Of a stretch of 64,000 nucleotides of DNA, positions 1-9,182 are shown one piece after another. The DNA lies in NCBI GenBank assembly GCA_963806535.1, contig CAWDYC010000005.1, positions 128,001 to 192,000 on the forward strand. Direction: 5' to 3'. Under the pieces are notes generated by a model. That model did no database searches and had not been told where the DNA came from. It worked only from the letters and a program-made list of their open reading frames with translations. This stretch comes from Candidatus Bathyarchaeota archaeon (GTDB taxonomy: Archaea; Thermoproteota; Bathyarchaeia; Bathyarchaeales; Bathycorpusculaceae). The position numbers and the translations under genes were made by a program. Positions within the stretch are counted from its first letter, which is position 1. Each line of letters opens with the position of its first letter.

Positions 1-389
1 AATATAACTGTTGGAACAATAAACAAAATCATGTCTTCTCCATTTGTAGAGAATTTGTAATCTTTTAAAAGCCGATTAAGTTGGTTTTTAGTAAACATCG
101 TGCATGAGATTGCACCAACTGCTAAGCCAGCAATTATCCAAGCCACTAATTGGAAAGCTGAAATAGGGTACGTTTCAAGGTTTCGGGAAATAGAAAAGGT
201 AAGAAACCCGTAAAGGGTTATCCAGAAAATTGCAAGTGCTCCTGCAACTTTCGTGGCGCTTACTTTGTATTGGGGCGGAGTTATCTGCGGTGGCTTTTTG
301 TTTTCATAGTCCATATTTGATCTTCTGCTAATTATGTATGGCTCTTTTGGCAACCAACCGTGAAAAAGTTTTTCTAACCGCTTTTTCAA
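1..389 (-). CDS. Membrane protein with N-terminal GWLPKEP motif (runs off window start)
   Basis: Not in the ORF track. Manual translation from TTG at 389 gives MKKRLEKLFHGWLPKEPYIISRR..., followed by hydrophobic segments (VAGALAIFWITLYGFL). Confidence 0.75.
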   Translation of the reverse strand, partial: MKKRLEKLFHGWLPKEPYIISRRSNMDYENKKPPQITPPQYKVSATKVAGALAIFWITLYGFLTFSISRNLETYPISAFQLVAWIIAGLAVGAISCTMFTKNQLNRLLKDYKFSTNGEDMILFIVPTVI

Positions 390-392
390 TTT

Positions 393-1445
393 TCAACCAC
401 TCCCAAAATTCAGTTGGTCAACCCAGAGATTCCCAAAAACTTTATCATTGAATCCTATTTTTGCAGTGACATTTACTGAAAAATGCGCATCTTGGGGAAC
501 CCATATGTCAGTTGAAAATGTCTCGCTTTGTTTGGGGTTAAGTGTTGATTCTATCCAGCCTATTTTTGTTTGGTCAGAATTAAACAGGACAGTTTCAAAG
601 TTTCCAACGTACAAGGTTGCGATGCCAAGTCCGATGCCTGCCGGGGTTCCGGGACTTGCTTGCGGCTCATGGGACATCCCCCAGAGTATCCAATCAAGGG
701 GCATAGTTCCGTTTTGGGTTTCTACAGAAACATTTACGATGGCCGAGTTAAAATTTCTTTGTGGACACTGCAAATCTATCTCTAAATAGTAGTAGTCTTT
801 CTTGCTGTCAAGGTCAGCATATTGGTATACGTTGACGCTGACGTTAAAACTGCCGTTGTTACTTATTTGGTTCTGGCTTTTTACTATTGTTTTTGAAGGA
901 TTAATTATTTGTGGATCCGTGGCATAAACAGGCGCAAACGTTGCGGCGCATAAGATTACTAATAATGCCACGGGCGCCACTTGAATCAACTTTGAGGACG
1001 CGGTACCTTTGCCCATGCGTAGCGTAACCAAATAAACTAAGACAACAGCTTCCAAAGGCAGAGCGAACCTCAGTGGAACAATGTAGAATGCAATAAGCGA
1101 TATTACTAAAAATATGATGGCGATGTTTACCCAAACTTTTTTCATTGTAAGCAAGCCCGCACCCACAACAAACAAAGCTGCGCTGTCCATCGCTGCTACT
1201 GCAGCCATAATGAACTGCACGTTAAAAGAGAGGTAGCCAAGTTGTGTTACCTGCTGAATAATTGCTAATATTGCGCCAAAACCGAATATCCAAAACAAAG
1301 CAGTAACGAGCTTCAAGCCTAGTGGCGCTCGGCTTAAGAAAATTCTTCGGGCTTTCTTATCCTGTGAATTTGACGCATTTAAACTTCTGGGAAGGCTTGG
1401 TTCTTTAGGTAACCAACCGCGAATACGGCCTTGAAGGTATCTCAG
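393..1445 (-). CDS. Multi-pass membrane protein with extracellular C-terminal domain and N-terminal GWLPKEP motif
   Basis: Track ORF 393..1316 stays open upstream as LRYLQGRIRGWLPKEPSLPRS... back to a CTG at 1445, which overlaps the upstream TGA (CTGA). Confidence 0.75.
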   Translation of the reverse strand: MRYLQGRIRGWLPKEPSLPRSLNASNSQDKKARRIFLSRAPLGLKLVTALFWIFGFGAILAIIQQVTQLGYLSFNVQFIMAAVAAMDSAALFVVGAGLLTMKKVWVNIAIIFLVISLIAFYIVPLRFALPLEAVVLVYLVTLRMGKGTASSKLIQVAPVALLVILCAATFAPVYATDPQIINPSKTIVKSQNQISNNGSFNVSVNVYQYADLDSKKDYYYLEIDLQCPQRNFNSAIVNVSVETQNGTMPLDWILWGMSHEPQASPGTPAGIGLGIATLYVGNFETVLFNSDQTKIGWIESTLNPKQSETFSTDIWVPQDAHFSVNVTAKIGFNDKVFGNLWVDQLNFGSG

Positions 1446-1630
1446 TGGTTTCGCATGCTCAGCTCCGGAATAAGTTTACTGAAAATTACGCGAGCTATTT
1501 TGGCTGGGTGAATGCTTGCTTTGTTTTCTTCCGTTATACCTCTTTCTTTGGCAATGTCGATTACGAAGTTGTTGAGGTGCGAATATCTGCTTTCGACTTG
1601 AAGGGGGAATTCCACTTTAGTAACTGGCAT
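1442..1630 (-). CDS. Small protein homologous to the C-terminal domain of the upstream HTH regulator
   Basis: FVIDIAKERGITEENKASIHPAKIARVIFSKLIPEL aligns with FLIDIARERGVEIEGCEKIHPAKLAHIVFSKLIPEL of 2441..2929. ATG at 1630, alternative start 1657. Confidence 0.65.
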   Translation of the reverse strand: MPVTKVEFPLQVESRYSHLNNFVIDIAKERGITEENKASIHPAKIARVIFSKLIPELSMRNH

Positions 1631-2444
1631 TTTCTTCGACCTGATACTTGTTTGCATTTTTTCTTAGATTAACTAATGAAATAGCCATGGCTACAATCAA
1701 ACTTGCTATTCCTACGGAAAGGAGAATATTGCCTTGGTTTCTATAGGGGTAAGAGACGATGAACCCGCTATGGGTTAGGTCAATTGGTGTTGTTATGGTA
1801 AACAAAGGTGAGGGCAGTTTTCCAGTCGCATTGCAGTAGAAACTGAAAACAACGTCTCTTACTATGGGTTGCTGGTCGCTCGGGCCGACTTCAAATGGTG
1901 GTTTCATAGAGATTGCGCTAATAATCAAGTCCTGCTTTTTAGTTTGGATGGTCGAAAAAGTACCAGTATAGTTGGTCTGTTGAGGACTGTAAGAGCTTGC
2001 TGAGACGTTGTAGGATGCGTACCTTAAAGTGACAAAGTAAACTCCTGCTGTGAGATTACTGGGCTCATTTAGATATACGTAGATTGGTGCCACCCAGTTA
2101 GAAGTGCCGACTCCTTCTAATGGCGGTGAAACAAAGACATTGATACTGCAGTTATAGTTCGTTCCGTTAAACTGGATAGGTGTTCGTAAAGACCCCCATT
2201 CTACGGGCAATTGGTAAGAACTCTGCACCTTAGAGACCGAGTTTAGGTATAATCCGCTAAGTATTAGACTAACGGCTAACACTACTACAATGAAATGGGC
2301 CAAATTAATTGCCGATTTTTCCGTTATCTGTCTGAGTTTCAAGGGCTTGGTTTCGAGCTTTATCTTCAATGGTTTGTTAGGATTTAGAGGCTCTTTCGGA
2401 AGCCAACCTCTAATTCTGCTTTGCAAACATCTTTTGGCTTTCAT
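1617..2444 (-). CDS. Two-TM membrane protein with extracellular loop and N-terminal GWLPKEP motif
   Basis: Begins MKAKRCLQSRIRGWLPKEP, with TM helices near both termini. ATGA overlap with the HTH gene. Confidence 0.8.
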   Translation of the reverse strand: MKAKRCLQSRIRGWLPKEPLNPNKPLKIKLETKPLKLRQITEKSAINLAHFIVVVLAVSLILSGLYLNSVSKVQSSYQLPVEWGSLRTPIQFNGTNYNCSINVFVSPPLEGVGTSNWVAPIYVYLNEPSNLTAGVYFVTLRYASYNVSASSYSPQQTNYTGTFSTIQTKKQDLIISAISMKPPFEVGPSDQQPIVRDVVFSFYCNATGKLPSPLFTITTPIDLTHSGFIVSYPYRNQGNILLSVGIASLIVAMAISLVNLRKNANKYQVEENASY

Positions 2445-2929
2445 TGGCTCGTCAGCTCCGGGATTAATTTGCTAAAAACTATGTGTGCCAATTTCGCTGG
2501 ATGGATTTTTTCGCAACCTTCAATTTCCACGCCTCTTTCTCTTGCAATATCGATTAGGAATTGTTTTGTTTGGTTTAGGAAGGCTGCGTCGGTGACTTCT
2601 TCGGGGTTGTCATGCCAGTACCAGACTTTTAGGCCATGGCTTGTCGTGTAAGTTATGATGGCTTTTCGTTTGAGGACAGGGTGATAACCGAGCAGTATAG
2701 CTTGTTTTGGATACAGTTTTGTTAATTGAAGATCGTTTACTTGCGCCACATCCAGAAGTGTAGTAGCTATTTTCGCTTCGGCCGTCAAGCGTGTTTGATT
2801 TACGTATTGGCGTGTAGTGTTGAGTTTGTCAGCTATTTTGGTTACTGAAAAACCCTCGCTAATTAGGGACCAGATGACTTTTTGACTTTGGCTTAGCGGT
2901 GAGGAGAACGAACAGTTCGGACTCATCAA
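2441..2929 (-). CDS. HTH transcriptional regulator (LuxR/sigma-region-4-like HTH plus unknown C-terminal domain)
   Basis: LSQSQKVIWSLISEGFSVTKIADKLNTTRQYVNQ helix-turn-helix pattern. Confidence 0.8.
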   Translation of the reverse strand: MMSPNCSFSSPLSQSQKVIWSLISEGFSVTKIADKLNTTRQYVNQTRLTAEAKIATTLLDVAQVNDLQLTKLYPKQAILLGYHPVLKRKAIITYTTSHGLKVWYWHDNPEEVTDAAFLNQTKQFLIDIARERGVEIEGCEKIHPAKLAHIVFSKLIPELTSQ

Positions 2930-2933
2930 TATC

Positions 2934-2968
2934 CACGTAAATACGTGAGTATTTACAAGTATTTATAA
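2934..2968 (-). promoter_or_regulatory. Putative TATA box and overlapping operator for the HTH gene
   Basis: Inverted repeats CACGTA-AA-TACGTG and GTAAATAC-N4-GTATTTAC; AGTATTTA repeated at 10-bp spacing; TTATAAAT on the minus strand about 30 bp upstream of the start. Confidence 0.45.
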
Positions 2969-3082
2969 TTTGCTAAAATTGCTACACTTGAAAGTTTTCG
3001 CGGTGAAATTCTCACGCTGTACGCTGATTTTTAATTAAAATTGTTTTAGCGGTTTCCAGCCCATAAAGGGTTAGTAAAGAAA

Positions 3083-3104
3083 TCTTGACTAAGACAAGTC
3101 AAGA
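3083..3104. promoter_or_regulatory. Palindromic candidate operator
   Basis: TCTTGACT-N6-AGTCAAGA in the divergent intergenic region. Confidence 0.4.
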
Positions 3105-3151
3105 AAGTTTTACGAGAAGTCTTTTATTGTAAATTAGTTCCAGAAGTTATC

Positions 3152-3994
3152 ATGGGAAGCATGAGCAAAGGTTTTGCATTATTATTCATTCTAACCATGA
3201 GTGTTTCATGTCTAATTCTGTTGATTATTAGACCTTCATATGCTCAGTCAATACCAACTCCATCTGTTCCAGAATTTAGTTTGAAGTATTTTACAAAATC
3301 ACTTGATTCAGAACCTGAAACTTCAATAAACCCCTACACTGGACAGAATGAAACAATCTCATCAGGCTATCATTATGACACAAGAAATGTAGAAATAACT
3401 ATAAAGAATCAGCCATTCAACCCATTTACAGATTCAAATGGAAACCATGTTGATTTGAACTATAATGTTACTTTCAAAGGACATTATACAGATACTTGGA
3501 GCCACTATCCTGACAGCACATACGAGGACCTTTTCAGCATGTCAGCTACTGGCGACACAATTATTAATGTATCTTTAGAAGGTTGGCCAGAACTTCCTAA
3601 GGGTGCTCTGTTAGATTTTAGATTGCAAGCAGTAATAGGACATTATAACTACGACACACCCCCATCAGGAACAGATTATATAACTGGTTTTACTGCCTAT
3701 CAAACAAGCAATTGGAGTAATCCACTGACGGTAACTGTCGGAGAAACTTCAAGCACAACTTCAACAAGCCAAACGGCTACACTAACGTCTACATCCACGC
3801 CGACCGTTCCAGAATTTCCAATATGGATCCCGATGTTTTTTACTGCAACGGTAATCTTCGGTTGTTTATTTGTGTACTTCAGGAAACACAATCCTGTAAC
3901 TAATCGCAATTTAGAGTGGGAGAATAACAAGAGAGTTATGGGAAATAATAAAAAGAAAGCAAACGATACTAAAAGATGCTGGAAGCCTGAGTAA
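3152..3994 (+). CDS. Secreted/surface protein with PEF-CTERM-like sorting signal
   Basis: Signal peptide, Thr/Ser linker, then PTVPEFP + TM + basic residues. Confidence 0.8.
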   Translation: MGSMSKGFALLFILTMSVSCLILLIIRPSYAQSIPTPSVPEFSLKYFTKSLDSEPETSINPYTGQNETISSGYHYDTRNVEITIKNQPFNPFTDSNGNHVDLNYNVTFKGHYTDTWSHYPDSTYEDLFSMSATGDTIINVSLEGWPELPKGALLDFRLQAVIGHYNYDTPPSGTDYITGFTAYQTSNWSNPLTVTVGETSSTTSTSQTATLTSTSTPTVPEFPIWIPMFFTATVIFGCLFVYFRKHNPVTNRNLEWENNKRVMGNNKKKANDTKRCWKPE

Positions 3995-6937
3995 ATGCAT
4001 AAATCGCTTTTGAGTTTGGTTTTAATTGGATTAATTGTTTCCTTAAGCTTATTTGGCACCGTACGGTTAAGCACGGCTCAAATCGGCACAAGCGTCAAGG
4101 GAACAATAAGTTCAGACACAACCTGGACGCAAGCGAAGAGCCCGTATAATCTGATGGGAACAGTAAATGTTGCCAGTGGAGTGATTTTAACAATTGAAGC
4201 TGGAACTGTCGTAAACTTGAACGGTACCAGCATAATAGTTAACGGCACTTTGAACGCAAACGGCAGTGCCACTAATAATATTCAGTTTAACGGTGGGAAC
4301 CTCAACAATGGGGTTTCTCTGGCTGGTTCAGATGGTCAATCAATAATTTCAAACAGCATTTTTACCGGCCAAATTATCGCCGGAGGCTCATCGACAATTT
4401 CAAACAACTTTATCATAGGAAGAATCGACATAAAGGGTGGTTCACAAACAATTGAGAACAACACAGTTTTGGGGTCTTTTAACGCGGACGGAATAGACTT
4501 TTTTGATTCAGCTAACGCCTACGCCTTAATCTCAGGTAACGTAATTTCCAGTTCTTGGAGAGGCATAGCAGTAACCGCCGGAAGCAGTGCAGTCATCGAA
4601 AGAAACCTTCTCTACAACAATACATACGCTATCGTTTCCGGAGCCAGCTCATATATGAATACTTCAGGATCCAACACCACAATTCTGAATAACACTGTTA
4701 CCGACAATGTGGGGGGAATTAGCGTAATAGGTTCTTTCTCTCCAACAATCATGAGCAACAATATCCAAAACAACAGCCAATACAGCCTTTCGTTAGCAGC
4801 ATCCAAGTCAGATATCAATGCAACTTACAATTGGTGTACTCTAAATGTTACAGCCACTTACAATTGGTGGGGAACAACAAATACAACTATTATCGGCCAA
4901 ACAATTCTTGATTCCAACTATAATTCTCCATCAGGCACCGTTACATTTGTTCCCGTCTTGAACGCACCAAATCCTCAAGCTCCAACTTATCCAAAAACAT
5001 GGATAGTTGATCCTCAAGGAACAGGTGATTTCATGTCGATTCAAGCTGCAATAAATGCATCCGCCCCTGGAGACACCATTTACGTTAAAAGCGGAACATA
5101 CTGCGAGCATCCTCTAATTACAAAAACCTTAACGTTGATTGGTCAAAGCGCGACTTCAACCATAATAGACGGTCAAGGTCAAAACAGAACATTGACTGCT
5201 CCCGGTTTGCTTCCTGAATCAATCGGAAGCATCCTAGCAATTGTAGCAAATGGCGTCACGATAAATGGTTTCACGATTCAAAACAGTGTTTCAGACGGAA
5301 GCGCAATCTGGCTTCAAGGTTACAATTATATAATGATTCAAAATAATATTGTTGCTAACAACAGTGACGGCATCAGGATACTTAATTCTACAGGAAACAT
5401 CATTAGCGGCAATACTTTAAGAAATAACTCAAATACCAGTCTAGGATTTGACGCATCCTACAACAATTCAGTTGTCAGCAATTATATTGCAAACAACAAT
5501 ATTGGAATAGGCGCAGGCATTCCATCGTACAACAACACAATTTCGTACAACAATATGACAGGTAATAATTACGGGTTCTATTTAGCAATTTATAACAGCA
5601 CTTTCTTTGGAAATAACTTTAACAACAATGTTCAAGTTGCCTTCTATGGAACTTACCCAAACAATTGGGATAACGGTGCTTCTGTTGGAGGGAACTTTTG
5701 GAGTGACTATCGAACAAAATATCCGAATGCAACTCAAATAGGCACTTCAAGAATTGGAAATACTCCTTACGTTATTGATTCAAACAACAAAGATAACTAT
5801 CCACTATGGACCACACAAGAAGGTGGACCATCGCCTTCACCAGCTCCAACGCCAACATCACACAACCCGACAATAACATTGAATCCTTCTGTGGGCCAAG
5901 TAGGCACTGGAGTTGTGGCCACGGTAACTGGGTTTCCCGCGTATGTATCAATTCTCTTTACTTTTGGCACAATAAACGGCACTCAGAACGTCGGGACGTT
6001 AACCTCAAGCAGCGGTGGCGGAACTGTTCAATTCAATGTTCCCCAAGTTCCTAACGGTATGTATAATGTTTCTGCGATCGGATCTCAAGGCGGCTTTGCT
6101 ACGGCAACATTTTTCGTCGGTCAAACACTATATCCAACTCCGACACCTACACTTTCACCAACCACTACCCCTACCCCAACGCAATCTCCAACGCCAACAC
6201 CCACCCCAGCACCCACGCCAACACTGCCAGCGCCAACCGTTACCGTTTCCTGCCAAAGTTCTGCTTTTTACTCAAACTTCAAAGTAGACATCACTGGAAC
6301 CCTGTCGGGAAACGGAATAGGAATAGCAAATGCTCCAATCTTGCTTTCTATCAGCGTTGATGAAGGCAAATCATGGACTGGACTAACAACTGCAGGCACT
6401 GATAATAGCGGTAACTTTGCTGCCGTTTGGTTTCCATCAGCCTCAGGCATTTATCTTCTTAATGCACGCTGGGATGGAAATTCATCTTTTTCAGATGCCA
6501 ACACAACAATCAATTTTGCCGTTTTACCCTATCAGGAACAGAGTGTTTTTTCCGTTTCTTCCAACTCAACCATCTCCGCGTTTGCTTTCAACTCCACAAG
6601 TCATGACCTAAGTTTCAGCGTCAGCGGACCCTCAGGCACAACAGGATACGTCGATATATATGTTCCAAAAACACTTATCGGTGACGCATCCATTCTCAAA
6701 GTTTCTCTTGACGGAAACAAATTAGAATATACCATCGCATCGCAAGGAGATTCTTGGCTCTTATCTTTTACTTATCACCATAGCATTCATCAAGTAACCA
6801 TAAACTTGGGGACTGCAACATCAGTTTCGTCAACACAAAGCCAAACTGAAGAATTAGTCGTCAGTGCAGCCGCAATCACTGCAATATTAGTTGTTGCAGT
6901 TGTGCTGATTCTTCGAAAACGAAAAAGCAAGAATTGA
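3995..6937 (+). CDS. Large surface protein with right-handed parallel beta-helix (NosD/pectin-lyase-like) repeats, Pro/Thr linker and C-terminal TM anchor
   Basis: Asn-rich PbH1 repeats; NATYNWWG, SIQAAINA and GGNFWSDY motifs; RKRK tail. Confidence 0.85.
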   Translation: MHKSLLSLVLIGLIVSLSLFGTVRLSTAQIGTSVKGTISSDTTWTQAKSPYNLMGTVNVASGVILTIEAGTVVNLNGTSIIVNGTLNANGSATNNIQFNGGNLNNGVSLAGSDGQSIISNSIFTGQIIAGGSSTISNNFIIGRIDIKGGSQTIENNTVLGSFNADGIDFFDSANAYALISGNVISSSWRGIAVTAGSSAVIERNLLYNNTYAIVSGASSYMNTSGSNTTILNNTVTDNVGGISVIGSFSPTIMSNNIQNNSQYSLSLAASKSDINATYNWCTLNVTATYNWWGTTNTTIIGQTILDSNYNSPSGTVTFVPVLNAPNPQAPTYPKTWIVDPQGTGDFMSIQAAINASAPGDTIYVKSGTYCEHPLITKTLTLIGQSATSTIIDGQGQNRTLTAPGLLPESIGSILAIVANGVTINGFTIQNSVSDGSAIWLQGYNYIMIQNNIVANNSDGIRILNSTGNIISGNTLRNNSNTSLGFDASYNNSVVSNYIANNNIGIGAGIPSYNNTISYNNMTGNNYGFYLAIYNSTFFGNNFNNNVQVAFYGTYPNNWDNGASVGGNFWSDYRTKYPNATQIGTSRIGNTPYVIDSNNKDNYPLWTTQEGGPSPSPAPTPTSHNPTITLNPSVGQVGTGVVATVTGFPAYVSILFTFGTINGTQNVGTLTSSSGGGTVQFNVPQVPNGMYNVSAIGSQGGFATATFFVGQTLYPTPTPTLSPTTTPTPTQSPTPTPTPAPTPTLPAPTVTVSCQSSAFYSNFKVDITGTLSGNGIGIANAPILLSISVDEGKSWTGLTTAGTDNSGNFAAVWFPSASGIYLLNARWDGNSSFSDANTTINFAVLPYQEQSVFSVSSNSTISAFAFNSTSHDLSFSVSGPSGTTGYVDIYVPKTLIGDASILKVSLDGNKLEYTIASQGDSWLLSFTYHHSIHQVTINLGTATSVSSTQSQTEELVVSAAAITAILVVAVVLILRKRKSKN

Positions 6938-7058
6938 TACTTAAAATCGCTGAATAACTTATTCCCCATTTCTTTAAACGAAAATTGCGCATCGAGGGCA
7001 AAAATTCGCACTACTTAGAAGAAAGATTTGGGAAGTGTTAGAAAAGATTTTTGCGCTT

Positions 7059-7346
7059 TCAACTGAATTTGGGAAATTTAACCTTTCCTACATAATGCAG
7101 AATCCACTTTACAAGCTCATCATAGGTGTCCAATCCAAGCTTAGTTAAATAAACATCGTCATTTGAGTCAAATTGAATCAATCCCTTTCCTGACATCCAA
7201 GCCAGATACTTTACGAGCCGATCATAGGACATGCTAGTAGCAGTGGCAAGACTGGTTTTGTTTGTTCTGCCATGGTCTTTGAGGGTTTTGATTACCCTTG
7301 CCAAGACATAGAGATCAGGCTTTGAAATCGGCTCTCCTGAACTCAC
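7059..7346 (-). CDS. Winged-helix DNA-binding protein (archaeal HTH_45-like)
   Basis: NKTSLATATSMSYDRLVKYLAWMSGKGLI...YLTKLG pattern. Start uncertain (GTG 7346, up to 7400). Confidence 0.75.
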   Translation of the reverse strand: MSSGEPISKPDLYVLARVIKTLKDHGRTNKTSLATATSMSYDRLVKYLAWMSGKGLIQFDSNDDVYLTKLGLDTYDELVKWILHYVGKVKFPKFS

Positions 7347-7983
7347 TGTCAAACCACCGAAGCTCCCATAGAAGCGAATCAAGACGTCCAACCTGTTCAA
7401 AACGAATGCGAAGATCCTTCATGCTTAGAACTAAAACAAGAACAAGAGGAATCACGAAAAGCGAAATTGGGTCAAGGCTCGAATGAACAATATTCCCCAT
7501 GAATCCCGACAAAACACCAAACAAAATGAAAGCCAACACCCAATAAGCCATTATCTTTGCAACCCCATAAACTGCGAATCCAAGCTTTGCCACCCTTATA
7601 TCGCTAAAGGTTTTTTCCCAGTTTGTTTCTTGCAAAAGCTTCAATGCGCCAGGAGTTCCCTCGTTCAACGTGCTTTTCCACTGCATAATTGCAACGGAAT
7701 TTAATTTTCGTCGAACCCACAAAACTCCAATAATCACTCCAAAGAAAACGATTACAACACTGTAGAAAGGAAGCACAACCGAATTTCCTGGATAAACAAT
7801 GCTATACCCATAAAAAACATCCAGTAAATTAATTGCAATGTTTACTGCTTCTGCAGATACTAACGAAGCCACAAAAATTATTACAAAATCCGCCATCGCA
7901 TTCGCGAATTCTTTGTATGCTTTAACTTGATCCAACGCATTCATGAACTCAACCATTTTGCTGGTAAGGTTCTCTTCTGTCAA
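7315..7983 (-). CDS. Integral membrane protein (about 4 TM), unknown function
   Basis: Hydrophobic segments; overlaps both neighbours as an operon. Confidence 0.7.
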   Translation of the reverse strand: MTEENLTSKMVEFMNALDQVKAYKEFANAMADFVIIFVASLVSAEAVNIAINLLDVFYGYSIVYPGNSVVLPFYSVVIVFFGVIIGVLWVRRKLNSVAIMQWKSTLNEGTPGALKLLQETNWEKTFSDIRVAKLGFAVYGVAKIMAYWVLAFILFGVLSGFMGNIVHSSLDPISLFVIPLVLVLVLSMKDLRIRFEQVGRLDSLLWELRWFDSEFRRADFKA

Positions 7984-8486
7984 AATCCAACACCATATCC
8001 TTGAATACTTACCTGCGCGTTTCCTTGAATAAGAAACCAGTAAACCGAAATTCGCGAGTCCATTTCTGGGTAAGTTTCTGGGAATTGATTTACAGCGAGA
8101 AGGCGAGGGAGGTCAGTGCTGTTTGAAACGAACTCTGCATCTATTGGATGATTGTCAGAAAGATTGATCCCTAAACTTTGAGTTGCAAAACTTCCTGGAG
8201 AGGGTCCGGTGCTGCGTAAGTTTACTGAGAATTTGTAATGAGCTACCGCAGGTATCACTGTTTGCGTGCCGTTTGGGAATATTAACGTTGTATTGGATTG
8301 TCCATTGTAAACTTGGGGTATTATGTCAATTTCAACTCTGAGGTTAGCATAGGAAGTTTTTGAGATAACTACTGCTGTATAGGCATTTGCGTAAGTGTTA
8401 ACATTGATGGCGCGAAATGAAGATACAACGGCGACTTGGGCCGCTACGATTATAACTAATGCTAAGAGCAGCCAGAGTTTTTTCAT
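7980..8486 (-). CDS. Secreted/membrane-anchored hypothetical protein
   Basis: Signal peptide MKKLWLLLALVIIVAAQ from ATG 8486. Confidence 0.65.
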   Translation of the reverse strand: MKKLWLLLALVIIVAAQVAVVSSFRAINVNTYANAYTAVVISKTSYANLRVEIDIIPQVYNGQSNTTLIFPNGTQTVIPAVAHYKFSVNLRSTGPSPGSFATQSLGINLSDNHPIDAEFVSNSTDLPRLLAVNQFPETYPEMDSRISVYWFLIQGNAQVSIQGYGVGF

Positions 8487-8651
8487 GATTGCTATAGAAG
8501 AAAGCTGTGAATATAAGTCAAACTCACTTTCAATGAGTATGTTCAAATTATTACAAAAAAAGATGTTGGTTGGTTGTTGAATTGATTTAGTGAATCTATC
8601 ACACAATCTTTTAACGGGCGGAGTTCGCAAGAGAGCCTTGGAGACGGCAAC

Positions 8652-8891
8652 TTGAGGAAAGACAACAGGTACATCAGATATTTCGTTAATAGAAAATTTG
8701 CGGTAGACGCTGTTAGCATGGCAATCTTTTGGGTAATAGTATACACGCCTGTATTTTTGTATACTTCAAAGTCGATCGAGGCCGCGTTGATTGGTCTCGG
8801 TTCCTCCGCGATATTAGAGATTCTTTTCGGTGGAGTTTACGGCAAATTCAACGATTGGTTTAGAAGAAAAGCAGGCGTAAATGAAAGTTAA
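8652..8891 (+). CDS. Small membrane protein resembling the N-terminal half of L-alanine exporter AlaE
   Basis: DAVSMAIFW...GGVYGKFNDWFRR resembles the AlaE DTFAM...PYGxYRD pattern (recognised by eye). Confidence 0.45.
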   Translation: MRKDNRYIRYFVNRKFAVDAVSMAIFWVIVYTPVFLYTSKSIEAALIGLGSSAILEILFGGVYGKFNDWFRRKAGVNES

Positions 8892-8955
8892 TACTTTTCA
8901 TAGTTAACACCAGTTGGTTTATATTGTTTAATGTCGATGAAACGTCTGAAATTCA

Positions 8956-9144
8956 ATGCCAATAAAGAAAGAACTTGAAAAAACATGCCCTGAATGCGAA
9001 GAAGAAATGAATCCTGTATATGACAAAAACAAGATTCTAATTTGTTGGGAATGTACCGAGTGCGGTACACGCGTTTCAGAATCTAAAGAAGATTTAACAA
9101 GAAAAGCTATAGCCTGTATCATGTTTGAGTTGGTTTTCACTTGA
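8956..9144 (+). CDS. Small zinc-ribbon protein
   Basis: CPEC...CTECG. Confidence 0.5.
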   Translation: MPIKKELEKTCPECEEEMNPVYDKNKILICWECTECGTRVSESKEDLTRKAIACIMFELVFT

Positions 9145-9182
9145 AGAAAGATAAATTTGGATCCCACGAAGACGGGTACAAT

